The notes: generated by a model from the letters alone, not told the origin. A stretch of DNA of 64,000 bases from Candidatus Poribacteria bacterium (GCA_963665235.2 CAXXLX010000001.1:2976001-3040000); one strand, 5' to 3'; numbered from the stretch's first letter, positions 10,233 through 21,239 are shown. Numbers and translations: made by a program.

Positions 10233-11135
10233 CTATTCCAGCCCCCACTGCTTCTTGGCTTCCTCAAACGAAATTTTTTGGCCGCCGGTATGAGAAATCG
10301 GGTTTTTGCCGACCCACCGTTCATCAATCGGGTGTGCTGCAGGTTGAAAACGGATGTCACAACTAACGCGCCACCTATCGGAGAGATTTTTGGTAGACGT
10401 GTGCATCGTATGCATAGTGAAGATGATAACATCTCCCATCTCAAAATCGGCTGTTTGCCAGGCTCCGCCATATTTTTCGCTAATTGCCATCGGGTCCCGG
10501 CCGAAATGTCCGGGCGTTCCATCCTTATCCACATCGGTTTTACCGTAGGTGTCGCGAATGCGGGCAAAACTCGGTAGGTTATGCGAACCGACAAGCACGG
10601 TTAAAGTGCCCATTGTCGCAGGGACATCACCGAACGGCACCCAGCAGGTGTGCAACTGTTTCGATCCTCTGCCCATATAGACGAAGTCAAAATGGGGGCC
10701 TGACCAACCATCAGGGCGTACGAACCGTAGCCATTTGTAGTCAAAGGTGCGGGTATCGCTGCTGAAAAACTTACGGAAGAATGTAAAAAGCTCGTCCCCT
10801 TCCAGCACAGACAGGACATCCGGATGGTGCGTAACAGCCGGGGCACCCATGGTCCGTCCTGGACTGCCATTGCCTGCGATAGCGTCCATCAGCTCGGTCC
10901 CCGATTTGAAAACCTCATCCCTTCCGTTCCCTTCAGCGTATTCAAGAATAGCCCGCCGGGCTGCGATAATTTTCTCCTTGTCAATTAAACCGCGAACGAG
11001 TAGGTATCCATCTGCTGCTATCTGTTCGTGTAACCCTTCAGCGGAATCGAGTACAGCATTGCAATCCCGCAGGACTCCGAGGTTCGGTCCTGGAAAGGTG
11101 ACTTCGTGGTCTCCAACAAAAACGGTCTTTTTCAC
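10233..11135 (-). CDS. phytanoyl-CoA dioxygenase (PhyH) family Fe(II)/2OG oxygenase
   Basis: HFD motif, WVPFGD, GDVIIF..MHTS..N...RVSCDIR. Confidence 0.85.
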   Translation of the reverse strand: MKKTVFVGDHEVTFPGPNLGVLRDCNAVLDSAEGLHEQIAADGYLLVRGLIDKEKIIAARRAILEYAEGNGRDEVFKSGTELMDAIAGNGSPGRTMGAPAVTHHPDVLSVLEGDELFTFFRKFFSSDTRTFDYKWLRFVRPDGWSGPHFDFVYMGRGSKQLHTCWVPFGDVPATMGTLTVLVGSHNLPSFARIRDTYGKTDVDKDGTPGHFGRDPMAISEKYGGAWQTADFEMGDVIIFTMHTMHTSTKNLSDRWRVSCDIRFQPAAHPIDERWVGKNPISHTGGQKISFEEAKKQWGLE

Positions 11136-11295
11136 AATTTTTCTCCTAAAAGGTTAGTGGCACGTTATCCGCTGCACCTAAATCCATGATTCAGCGACTT
11201 CTGCAAACGGAACATGCCCATTTTCGTGATATGCTAACTTGGGGTTACAAACCCTTTCTACGTTAAAATTGTTTTAGCACCAAATCCGCCATCTT

Positions 11296-12375
11296 TTAGA
11301 CGAAAAGCACCCACATCGGATTTTCACCGACAGCATAATTTTCGAGCGGAGCGAGTGCCCCACTCTTCCGATTGATACGATAAGTAGCAAGCCTGCCAGA
11401 CCCTTGTCCGCCGACAAATAGGTAGTTCCCTGTCTCGTCAATGTTGAAAACGCGAGGTGTTGGTTCCGTGGGTTGGTGGCCCAAAGCTGTTAATTCCCCC
11501 CGCTCTTGCTCGATTGAAAATATTGCAATACTGTCATGACCGCGGTTTGAGACATAGAGAAACTTCGCGTGCGGGTCAATATGAATTTGTGCACAGCTAT
11601 TATGTCCATCAAAATCTTCAGGGAGGGTTGAAATTGTTTGAAACGGTGCCAAGAGCCCAGGAGCATTGTCAAAGGTATAGCCCGGGTCCCCCAAATTTGC
11701 GTTTAAAAGTCCCGACTTTCCATGCTGAAGGGTGTAGGCGGAAACACTTGAGCCCTGTTCATTTGAGCAGTAGAGAATCGGTTTGTTCGGATGCTCACAG
11801 TAATGTCGAGGCCCAACTGGGTCATCCAGCACCAAATGCCCGAAGGGGTTTTCAGTCAACATGCCCGTATCCGGGTCGAAGTGAAACTGATAGATGGCGT
11901 TCCGGGGCACGGTGTGTGGTACGAAAACGAAGCGGTTTGATGCATCTGTCTCAATGTAATGGGCGTGTGGCGCAGTTTCAACGGTTTGGAGTGTTTCAGC
12001 CTCTACAACTGTATCTTCAACTGCTTTATTGAACTTAATCGGATGCACAGTAATCTTGCCTGCCCCGTAATAGGCGGAGAGCAGAAATTTGCCGGTTTTG
12101 TCGGTTGCAATGTAGCAGGTGTCTGCGTCAAGTTGAATCGTGTTTAAAAGCTTAATCTGGGTGGTACCGTAAGACTTAATGCGGAAGGTTGAAATTTCTC
12201 GGCTGGAGCGGAGCCCCGCATATAGATAGACACCGCACGGCGATAACGCTAGCGGACCGGGCGAGCCGCTGACGCTGAGATTTTCCTGAAATTCAAGTTT
12301 GCCGCTATACACATTAAACGTATAGATGGCGATTCTGTTTTCTCCGGCAATGGAGAGATAAACGTGAGATTGCAT
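11296..12375 (-). CDS. pgl: lactonase family beta-propeller (6-phosphogluconolactonase-like)
   Basis: PHAH, GPRH, LYVSNRGHDSIA, PRVFNID. Confidence 0.85.
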   Translation of the reverse strand: MQSHVYLSIAGENRIAIYTFNVYSGKLEFQENLSVSGSPGPLALSPCGVYLYAGLRSSREISTFRIKSYGTTQIKLLNTIQLDADTCYIATDKTGKFLLSAYYGAGKITVHPIKFNKAVEDTVVEAETLQTVETAPHAHYIETDASNRFVFVPHTVPRNAIYQFHFDPDTGMLTENPFGHLVLDDPVGPRHYCEHPNKPILYCSNEQGSSVSAYTLQHGKSGLLNANLGDPGYTFDNAPGLLAPFQTISTLPEDFDGHNSCAQIHIDPHAKFLYVSNRGHDSIAIFSIEQERGELTALGHQPTEPTPRVFNIDETGNYLFVGGQGSGRLATYRINRKSGALAPLENYAVGENPMWVLFV

Positions 12376-12451
12376 ATTTCTGTTCCTTGTTATGGTTGTT
12401 TGCTATTGTCAGTTTTGAATACGTGTGCTATTATACCAAAAAAGGAGAATT

Positions 12452-12736
12452 ATGACAATTCAAAAATTTCAGAAGCTGATTGAGACTATCTATTACGAAC
12501 GCGATGCGGAGCGCGGGGTGCCGTTAACCTTCACCTGGTTCGTTGAGGAGGTCGGTGAGTTGGCAAAAGAGATTCGAAAACAACCGCAGGATATGGAACG
12601 ACTGCGTGAGGAATTCGCGGATGTTTTTGCATGGCTCGCCACATTAGCGAGCCTGCTCGACATTTCTCTTGAGGATGCAGCGCAAATCTACGCAGCAGGG
12701 TGTCCGAAATGCTGCAGCACTCCATGCGATTGTTAG
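12452..12736 (+). CDS. single-domain MazG-like nucleotide pyrophosphohydrolase
   Basis: EEVGELA, EEFADVFAW; C-terminal CPKC..PCDC; RBS AGGAG. Confidence 0.85.
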   Translation: MTIQKFQKLIETIYYERDAERGVPLTFTWFVEEVGELAKEIRKQPQDMERLREEFADVFAWLATLASLLDISLEDAAQIYAAGCPKCCSTPCDC

Positions 12737-12750
12737 ACCGGTCTTTAGTG

Positions 12751-14124
12751 TCATTCAGGAAGTAAACAGATTCCCTCAAGTTCAAGAAGTGTGGGCTCTT
12801 CATTTACGTCAAGTTGCAATTGCCGCCCTCTAAATTTGACTTGTAGCTGCGCAGGCGTGAGAAGCTCCATATCCAATTGGAGTATGTCTTCAACTGTGTT
12901 CGACAACTTTAGATAGAGCACTGATATCAAACGCGCGAATCGTTCGAATTTCTCTGGCGTGTCTCTAAAATGTTGATAGAGCGGGGGGATAGGGGACATG
13001 AATGCTTGGAGCTTGTTGCCGTATTGCGATGAAAGTTCACCCCGGAGCTGTCCTTCCAACAGCATTTGATGGAAGATAGTTTTTTGCGTCAACGCAGTAC
13101 TGGCGGTCTCCAACTTCTCGTCAAGGAGCAACCGTTTTGCACGCATCGCAGCAATCTGCGCGAGTGTGAGTTCTTCACAATAGACCTTTTCGGTCCGATA
13201 CTTAAACGCCTTTCCGGTTGTGTCTTTCGTGAGGAGGAGCTCCCAGAGCGTTTCGCCTTCGGTTGAGATTTGTGAGACCTCCCGCGGTTTTACCCACAAC
13301 GCATCTTCCGCATGTGCGAAGGCTATAACGTCATGCTGTCCCTTTCGCAAGGCGGATAAGAGGGCAGCTTGTTCACAGGAGGCGGGACACAGCGTCAGAG
13401 AGATGTCGGTTGACCCCCAATGCACTTTTTGAAACGGAATGAAATAGTGTCGACCCTCTACCGAACGGAATAGAACACATTCGCTGTCCGATTTCACCCC
13501 CGTGTATGCGCTTTTAGCATTTTCAGAAGCAGCAGGCGGTATAATGTCAAGAATCTGTTGAATACCTGCGTCCCAATCTTCATGAAGCGCAATAGGTTGA
13601 AGGGAACGTAACGTTTCACCCCCGCCGATGTCAATATCGGGCAGCTCACATGCGTTCAGTTTCACAGGAATAAACCATACCTTGTCAACAGGTTTGTGCT
13701 GGAGGTTTTCGATTGCGACAGAGAGCTCTTCATTCATAAACGTCTTATTGCCAACGTTGTATTCCTTCGAAAAACAGGCGACAAAGAAAGTGCTGTGTGC
13801 GATTGCTTGTTGGATTGCCTGTTGTATGAGTACACCAGGGTTCAAATTATCGCGGTCCAGCCAAACGGTGATGCCGTGTGCCGTAAGGGTTTGGCAGAGC
13901 CGGTCGACAGCTGCTTTGTCCTCTTGGCAGTAAGAGATAAAAACGTGTCGGAGTGCTCTCGCCTGCTTAATTTCCATGTTCTCATGGTTGACTAAGCGTG
14001 CCTTGAAGGCTTCACGACGTTGTTGAAGCACCTCTTGTGCAGGACGAATTTTGGACAGCTCGGGCCCATGTTCCCGCGTGTAAGCTTGATAATCAAATTC
14101 AACTTCTTCTTCTGTTGTATTCAT
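12751..14124 (-). CDS. TIR-domain protein with uncharacterised C-terminal domain
   Basis: HVFISYCQED, VWLDR, FVACFS, NEEL, FIPVKL; GGAGG RBS before ATG at 14124. Confidence 0.82.
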   Translation of the reverse strand: MNTTEEEVEFDYQAYTREHGPELSKIRPAQEVLQQRREAFKARLVNHENMEIKQARALRHVFISYCQEDKAAVDRLCQTLTAHGITVWLDRDNLNPGVLIQQAIQQAIAHSTFFVACFSKEYNVGNKTFMNEELSVAIENLQHKPVDKVWFIPVKLNACELPDIDIGGGETLRSLQPIALHEDWDAGIQQILDIIPPAASENAKSAYTGVKSDSECVLFRSVEGRHYFIPFQKVHWGSTDISLTLCPASCEQAALLSALRKGQHDVIAFAHAEDALWVKPREVSQISTEGETLWELLLTKDTTGKAFKYRTEKVYCEELTLAQIAAMRAKRLLLDEKLETASTALTQKTIFHQMLLEGQLRGELSSQYGNKLQAFMSPIPPLYQHFRDTPEKFERFARLISVLYLKLSNTVEDILQLDMELLTPAQLQVKFRGRQLQLDVNEEPTLLELEGICLLPE

Positions 14125-14234
14125 CGGTAAACCTCCGTTCGGCATCAGAAGCAGTGATTAAAACGAACTCCACAAGCACAAGCGAGGATTGGTCCCGTGA
14201 GATATGCCTATACGTATTCCGCCCTCCGAATCTG

Positions 14235-15518
14235 CTAACCCCCATTCACAAACTGCTCGAAGTTCCCGCCGAATAGATTGTTGACATCCCGCTCAATTTC
14301 TGATGACGTTAGGGTCCATCCGACATCAAGGAGTGTTTGGTATTTTTCTATCAAAACGTCTGCTATAATCTGACGCGAATGTTTCCACTTGTACACAAGC
14401 TGGTCTAAGATACGTGCGTCGGAATGCTGTGGAATGACGCTCAAGCCAAGCAGTTCAATCCGTTCTCGGGTGATTTCCTCAATGATGCTCGGATTGTTCA
14501 TAAACCACCAACACCCGAATATCATCAGGTTTTTGAATTTCCGCCCTATGACACACAATTCATGCTGGTTCTCACGCGCCAAGAGGGTGACAAGGAATTT
14601 ATTGTCTGGATTTTCACGGAGCAGGGTCTCTAGACTTGTCAGGTCTGCTTTGCCGGTGCCATCGCCTGCCATCCGGAGTTGCGGGTTAACGGCGCGTTTC
14701 ACGCCAATCATTAAAGCGAACGGAATGTTGAATTCACGCGAGACCGGCAATATGCAGTCATCAAATAACCGCCCGAAGCTACCATGGTCCGGATATTGAA
14801 AATCTGGCGGGAGAGAGACCGCCATGTATTTGGGGTTCATCCGCTGAATCCACGTCTCCAGAAAACGACGGACCTCCTTGTGGCTCTTCTCATAAGCAAA
14901 AATTGGGTCTACGTCATAGCCGAGTTCTTGAAGGTGTTGATAAGCGGTTTCTTCATAACTGTTGATGAGCACATCCATCCGAAGTGCTGCCTCAAAACGG
15001 GTATCCCCGATATTTCCCGATTCCCACACTGGGGATTCAGCCGGGTCAAATGGGTCATTGGTCATAACGACTTTCGTGACGTTTGCCCGTTCAAACACTG
15101 TGTCAATAAATGTCTCAACGGGGGTATCGGCGAAGTAAGCCCGATAGTCGGCAAGGTCCCGCGTGCCGACATCTAAGCCTAATTCGTTTAGTGTAGTGAT
15201 AACGCCGCGGCATGCTTCACTCACGGGTGAGTTTTCTATAAACAACGTCTGCCAAATCAGGTCCGCCTGCTGCGTTTTTGACATCGCCCAAAATTGTGGG
15301 TAGGAGATATCTGACTTTCGGAATACCTCCGCGATAAGGTAGTGATAGGTCAACAGCTCATCAATTCCCCACAATAGCAGGTCACCAAAAGGTGGACTGA
15401 AAAGGTGGGTGTGGATATCTGTGACGCTTTGAGAATGAACTGTGTTTAAAACGGTCCTCTTCAGGTCATCAACGGTCTGAATTTTTTGTGTGTGATTTGT
15501 CGATTCAGGCATTTTCAC
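14235..15518 (-). CDS. uxaC: glucuronate isomerase (divergent Bacillus halodurans-type)
   Basis: DIHTHL, WGIDELLTYHYL, MTNDPFD, GCWWFMN, QHSDAR. Confidence 0.88.
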   Translation of the reverse strand: MKMPESTNHTQKIQTVDDLKRTVLNTVHSQSVTDIHTHLFSPPFGDLLLWGIDELLTYHYLIAEVFRKSDISYPQFWAMSKTQQADLIWQTLFIENSPVSEACRGVITTLNELGLDVGTRDLADYRAYFADTPVETFIDTVFERANVTKVVMTNDPFDPAESPVWESGNIGDTRFEAALRMDVLINSYEETAYQHLQELGYDVDPIFAYEKSHKEVRRFLETWIQRMNPKYMAVSLPPDFQYPDHGSFGRLFDDCILPVSREFNIPFALMIGVKRAVNPQLRMAGDGTGKADLTSLETLLRENPDNKFLVTLLARENQHELCVIGRKFKNLMIFGCWWFMNNPSIIEEITRERIELLGLSVIPQHSDARILDQLVYKWKHSRQIIADVLIEKYQTLLDVGWTLTSSEIERDVNNLFGGNFEQFVNGG

Positions 15519-15981
15519 ATTCTGTCTCCAGGTTCAGTTTGCAGCGGATGAAATCAACGACTTCATTAGCGGGGTATTTTCCAAATCGGACGTAAACGCC
15601 TCGGAAGTTTTCAAGCCGCGTGGGTTTCGCGAACGGGCTGAGTAGCACACCGTTTGCATCAACATAAAAGCTGCGGAACGTTGTCCAAGGACGCTCCGAC
15701 CTATAACAACACGCTGTGACGACGAGCTTTTCCGCTTCACATTCGTAACGAAACGGCAAAAAGTACTTGTGGAGCGACCCGAACAGAAAAAGTGCGGATA
15801 AAAAAACGATAAAGGGTGAGGGAAATCCGCTGTAGATAATAACAAGAAGGGCGGAGAGGAATAGGAGCAACAGCGCGGAACGTTTCCAATTCTCGACGAG
15901 CGGATGGACACGCCACGCGAGTTTTTCATCGGAGCCGTGTTCCTGCTCAGTTTTTCCCGAAATCTGATGTTCTTTTTGCAC
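15505..15981 (-). CDS. hypothetical membrane protein
   Basis: two hydrophobic helices, LLSPF..RLENFRG; coupled to uxaC. Confidence 0.7.
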   Translation of the reverse strand: MQKEHQISGKTEQEHGSDEKLAWRVHPLVENWKRSALLLLFLSALLVIIYSGFPSPFIVFLSALFLFGSLHKYFLPFRYECEAEKLVVTACCYRSERPWTTFRSFYVDANGVLLSPFAKPTRLENFRGVYVRFGKYPANEVVDFIRCKLNLETECENA

Positions 15982-16029
15982 GTGCTATTCTGGTCCTCTG
16001 TCGGTGTGGGGGTGCCCTTCGGGTTGTCC

Positions 16030-16473
16030 TCAGGTGCCCTTCGGGTTGTCCTCAGTGGTGTCCTGTCCCTCTTCCGCGCCATTTTCTTCTTGAGGGGTTG
16101 GTTCGAGGGTGCCCTTCGGATTGTCCGCAGGCGTGCTTTCACCATCCGCTTCACTATTTTCAGTGTCTGCCGGTTGTTCTGTCTGTTGCTGCGTTTGTTC
16201 CGCTTCAATCGGCTTAAGTGTATTATCAGTGCTTTCGCCATAAAACCGCATCAAAAAGAGTGAAATGACCATAAATCCAACAGCGACCCAGGTTGTGAGT
16301 TTGCTAAGGAATGTCGCTGCGCCATGGCCGCCAAGCATGGATTGCATTTCAGCTCCGCCAAACGCGCTGGATGAAAGTCCTTCGCCTTTGCTGTCTTGTA
16401 ATAAAATGATCAGTGTTAAGACAACACAAATCGGAACGAAGAGTACGAGTGCAATACTAACAATAGTTTCCAT
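16030..16473 (-). CDS. secG: preprotein translocase SecG with acidic tail
   Basis: IILLQDSKGEGLSSSAFGG, FLSKLT; follows tpiA. Confidence 0.9.
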   Translation of the reverse strand: METIVSIALVLFVPICVVLTLIILLQDSKGEGLSSSAFGGAEMQSMLGGHGAATFLSKLTTWVAVGFMVISLFLMRFYGESTDNTLKPIEAEQTQQQTEQPADTENSEADGESTPADNPKGTLEPTPQEENGAEEGQDTTEDNPKGT

Positions 16474-16504
16474 AAGATAATCCTCTCTGTTTGTTTATTT
16501 AAAT

Positions 16505-17272
16505 CTATAGTGCCTGTTTAACAATTTGTGCAAACGATTCCGCGTCAAGGCTGGCACCGCCGACCAGGGCACCATCAACATCCGGTTGTGCCATCAGTTC
16601 CGCCGCATTCTCCGGCTTCACACTGCCACCGTATTGAATGCAAACCTGTGATGCAGCAGCATCCGAGTATGCTTTCGCTAGCAACCCTCGGATAAAGTTG
16701 TGGACCTCCTGTGCTTGGGTAGGTGTGGCTGTTTTCCCTGTGCCGATTGCCCAAACGGGTTCATACGCAATGACGCTAGTTAGCAGCTCTGCCTCTGACA
16801 GCCCCGCAATACCACCGGTGATGTGCGACTCAATAACCTGTTCCGTGTTACCTGCTTCTCGTTCCGCAAGTTGTTCGCCAACACAGATAATCGGTTTTAA
16901 GCGGTGTGCTAACGTTGCTTTTACCTTCCGATTGACGGTCTCATTCGTTTCGCCGAAGTATTGTCGCCGCTCTGAATGTCCAATGATAACGTAATCACAA
17001 CCGACATCCTTCAGCATCGGAGGTGAAATCTCGCCTGTAAACGCGCCGCTGTCCTCCCAATAGACATTCTGCGCGGCGAGTCGGATATTCGTGTCGGCTA
17101 TAACTTTACTAACCGCCGCAAGCGCGGTAAACGTGGGGGCGACGATAACCTCAACGCCAACGTTTTGTGCCACTAACGCCTTTAGTGCTGTGGTGAGTGC
17201 TACCGCTTCCGAAACCGTTTTGTTTAACTTCCAATTTCCTGCAATAATAGGTGTCCGCATAGTCCTTTCCAT
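16505..17272 (-). CDS. tpiA: triosephosphate isomerase
   Basis: AGNWK, GHSERR, AYEPVWAIGTG, YGGSV, GALVGGASL. Confidence 0.97.
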   Translation of the reverse strand: MERTMRTPIIAGNWKLNKTVSEAVALTTALKALVAQNVGVEVIVAPTFTALAAVSKVIADTNIRLAAQNVYWEDSGAFTGEISPPMLKDVGCDYVIIGHSERRQYFGETNETVNRKVKATLAHRLKPIICVGEQLAEREAGNTEQVIESHITGGIAGLSEAELLTSVIAYEPVWAIGTGKTATPTQAQEVHNFIRGLLAKAYSDAAASQVCIQYGGSVKPENAAELMAQPDVDGALVGGASLDAESFAQIVKQAL

Positions 17273-17345
17273 GCCTCGGTCAAATCAAAGATGAAGTCTT
17301 TAAATAATCTCCCTCGGAGAATAGACCGAAACTCTCTTTCTCTTC

Positions 17346-18380
<1,035 letters not shown>

Positions 18381-18392
18381 TTATACCTTTTA

Positions 18393-18421
18393 ATTATACC
18401 TTATTCTACAGTAAATTGCAA
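18393..18421 (-). promoter_or_regulatory. sigma-70-type promoter of gap operon
   Basis: minus strand TTGCAA-N17-TATAAT. Confidence 0.55.
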
Positions 18422-18468
18422 GCGCGTTTTTAGAAGGGGGGGTGTAAATATTTTGTCATAGGGATAGG

Positions 18469-18880
18469 TGGAAGGTTGGAAGGATGGAAGGTTGGAAGAA
18501 GTTGTCAGAATCACGGATTATCGCGGATTACACGGATTTCGCGGATTTTAAGATGCATATCTGTCAAGGTTTTGTGATTAAGTGATGTTTCGTTTTTTTG
18601 TCAGAATCGCGGATTACACAGAGGACACGGAGAACGCGGAAAAAGAGCGGTGTTGATAACATCTACGCATCTTTTGTCAGAATCGCGGATTTCGCTGATT
18701 TTAATTCTATAAACATACCGCCCCGATGGGGCTAGGTTGTGTTTTGTTTGGGTATTCTATAAAGATACCGCCCCGATGGGGCTAGGCTTTGGCACATCAG
18801 GGGTCTATTTTTCTGCTATTTGTCTTTGTGTGAGCAACTGTGAGAAAAATCGGAAATGCTTTGGGAATCAGGTATCAGGC
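18469..18880. repeat. composite intergenic repeat block, copy 1
   Basis: TGGAAGG(T/A) x4, three TCAGAATC(A/G)CGGATT units, two CTATAAA(C/G)ATACCGCCCCGATGGGGCTA hairpins; homologous to 25206-25478. Confidence 0.8.
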
Positions 18881-19488
18881 GCACAGATAACGATATCAAT
18901 TGCTTCGCAAACGGCCCGAATGAAATCCATGGCATTTTTCACATCTGTAGCGGAGATGGGCCAGCGGTTTCCTGTCCCAGGATAATTCGGGTTTAAATCA
19001 GCCTCATGGACGATTTGATTCCGGCGGTTAATTATCACGAACAATCGAGCTTTTGTGTCTTGGACTGTGAAATTGAGTTGCCCGGCGACAGCGGGCCAGA
19101 GCTCACACGCTGAGAAGAGCCGGACTGCATCCGCTATAGCGTCCGGATGCTGAAAAGCCTTGTATCCATGCTTTTCCCTGATTTCTATATCAAGCCAGGC
19201 ATTCTGACTTGAGTTGGCAATTCCCTTCATGGCCGCGTCCATAGTCACTTGAAAACGCAGAAAAGCATTCGTCTTGGGACGTGTGCCATCGTAGACTTCT
19301 AACATGCCGACTCGTGTGATTTCATGGACGTAGTGGTCAAGCGCGCTGACAATCATAGCTATCTGGGCCCGTAGCAAATCTGTCAAATCTACGGCAGCAG
19401 TTGTCGTCTGCTCGAGTGCGTCATGCAATCCACCGAGGGCAACCACTCGTGCTGCATTTTCGCGAAATTGTTCAAGAGGACTGAGCAT
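18868..19488 (-). CDS. HEPN-domain protein (RiboL-PSP/MAE_28990-like)
   Basis: LRAQIAMIVSALDHYVHE helix and Rx4H motif RNQIVH. Confidence 0.8.
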   Translation of the reverse strand: MLSPLEQFRENAARVVALGGLHDALEQTTTAAVDLTDLLRAQIAMIVSALDHYVHEITRVGMLEVYDGTRPKTNAFLRFQVTMDAAMKGIANSSQNAWLDIEIREKHGYKAFQHPDAIADAVRLFSACELWPAVAGQLNFTVQDTKARLFVIINRRNQIVHEADLNPNYPGTGNRWPISATDVKNAMDFIRAVCEAIDIVICAPDT

Positions 19489-20584
19489 TTTTAGTGAGGG
19501 TGATTATCCGATCCGCGCCATCAGCATATAAAGTCCGAAACTTTTCCATAGATTCTTTTGTATTTTTAAGTACAACCCCGGTTTGTTCAAGCTGAGCGTC
19601 GCTCAAGTCAAAAATGGGGACTCCATGGCTTTGTGAATGGGCGATGAGGGTATTGAAATCTGACATCTGAAGAAGCGGGCAGCTTATAGCGGATTCGTAT
19701 TTAAGCTCCGGGGAAAACGCGTTAGACATAGTTTGGTCCGATCCGATTTCACTTGCCCTCTTATACAATTCCTCCGGAAGTAGCATATCATTTTCACGTA
19801 ACGCAGGTATCAAGCTTTTCTCAACCCCTATTTTTATATCGTTAATCCAATCTCGAAAAGCAGCGGATGGAATACCCTTTCTAACTCGGAAGTTCTGAAT
19901 TATGGTTCCAAGGAATTTGGGTCGCTTGTCCGGAAAAGGATAGATTGCTTTCTGTAGGATAGGTAATCCTTTACCGTGTTTTGCCCACGCTGCCCATTGC
20001 GGCAAAATTGAGGCGAGACTCTTCGTTGACATCAATGAGAAATAGTCCGGAAACATTGGAACGATAAAATAGTCACTCGTCATGAGCAAATTTTGGTTAA
20101 TCGGTCCCAAACTTGGGCTCATGTCTACCAAAATGAAATCTGCCTTGTATTTGTCAGCAGTTTTGGAAAAAAGGTAGTGCAAAGAGCCCGGCAAATTCTG
20201 AAGCGTTACCAATGAGCCGGAGAGCTGCTGCGCGATTCCTAAGGTGACCTCATATTCGGCAAGGCCGATGTGCCCTGGTAAGAGGTGCATGTTCGGTTGC
20301 CGATTGACTGGCGCGCAGTCTACCGGTTCAAGGAGAACAGGCCGCGATTCAAAAGCGGGTGAAAGGCCATCTCGGATATTTGTGACTCCATCCGATTCGT
20401 ACATTGATGCAAAATCTTTGGCATCCTTGAATCCAAGCACCATCCCGGTGAGGTTACACTGCGGGTCACAATCAACCATAATGACCTTCTTTCCTTTAGC
20501 AGCCAACATCCAGCCGAGGTTGAAGGTAGTCGTTGTCTTTCCCACGCCTCCTTTGTGATTGAAAAGTGCTATCTGTTTTGCCAT
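19472..20584 (-). CDS. ParA/Soj-family ATPase (long accessory type)
   Basis: NHKGGVGKTT, VDCDPQCNLT, LVDMSPSLG; overlaps HEPN start by 17 nt. Confidence 0.9.
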   Translation of the reverse strand: MAKQIALFNHKGGVGKTTTTFNLGWMLAAKGKKVIMVDCDPQCNLTGMVLGFKDAKDFASMYESDGVTNIRDGLSPAFESRPVLLEPVDCAPVNRQPNMHLLPGHIGLAEYEVTLGIAQQLSGSLVTLQNLPGSLHYLFSKTADKYKADFILVDMSPSLGPINQNLLMTSDYFIVPMFPDYFSLMSTKSLASILPQWAAWAKHGKGLPILQKAIYPFPDKRPKFLGTIIQNFRVRKGIPSAAFRDWINDIKIGVEKSLIPALRENDMLLPEELYKRASEIGSDQTMSNAFSPELKYESAISCPLLQMSDFNTLIAHSQSHGVPIFDLSDAQLEQTGVVLKNTKESMEKFRTLYADGADRIITLTKNAQSS

Positions 20585-20717
20585 GTTATTTTCCTAAGGT
20601 TGCCATTTGCGTGGATTGTTACGCGAGTGACAATGAGGTAAGATTCCGATTTGTGCTGTCTTTTGCTACAATTATCACAGAACGCTGAGGGTGAAAACTT
20701 TTTTCAAACTCACGTTA

Positions 20718-20746
20718 ATTATACATTCGTTTTCGTGGAGGGTCAA
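20718..20746 (-). promoter_or_regulatory. sigma-70-type promoter for ParA-HEPN operon
   Basis: minus strand TTGACC-N17-TATAAT. Confidence 0.6.
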
Positions 20747-20877
20747 GGGAAAAGTTCCGTTATAAAAGCAGATTTTAATATGTTTTGTCTAAAGTCGCCG
20801 TAGCCTTAATCGATCGAATTTGTAAACCGCAATCAGGGGTGGTGTCCAATCCACCTTAACAAGTGGGGGCAGCATCG

Positions 20878-21132
20878 TCAAGATGCCCCTTCGCGCGGAG
20901 AAGGCATATCTATGACGATGTCGTTCTTTAGGACGCGCGCGGCGTAAGCGAGGACTGCCCGAATGCTTTCCTCACTTAATATTGGATAGTCCGCAATAAT
21001 TTCCTCGTTTGTCATACCGTTTGCCAGTAGTCCTAGGACATGCTCAACGCTTATGCGCGTGCCTTCAATTACCGGTTTTCCGCCAAGGATTCCCGGATTA
21101 GCGATAATTCTGACCATAATTTTTGCCTCCAT
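20878..21132 (-). CDS. DUF433 family putative antitoxin
   Basis: NPGILGGKPVIEGTRISV..G...EEIIADYP.L....IRAVL.YA. Confidence 0.9.
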   Translation of the reverse strand: MEAKIMVRIIANPGILGGKPVIEGTRISVEHVLGLLANGMTNEEIIADYPILSEESIRAVLAYAARVLKNDIVIDMPSPREGAS

Positions 21133-21239
21133 ACATCAATATTTTGCCAATATTTTACCATAATTTACCGCTTATATCAAATTATTAGTCCTAAACAATT
21201 TCGCTTGACAATTTGCGAAATTTCTTGTATCCTATTGAT

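Noticed and set aside
12360-12372. AACGTGAG match to the MITE end
   Set aside because: Falls in the first codons of the lactonase gene and diverges after 8 bp; chance match
14125-14234. BrnT toxin remnant upstream of the TIR gene
   Set aside because: Only faint resemblance over a few residues in different frames
15534-16263. Long alternative-frame ORFs over secG
   Set aside because: Shadow frames of the low-complexity secG tail and the next gene
19472-20584. Chromosome or plasmid partition locus
   Set aside because: No ParB, parS or replication gene; partner is a HEPN protein
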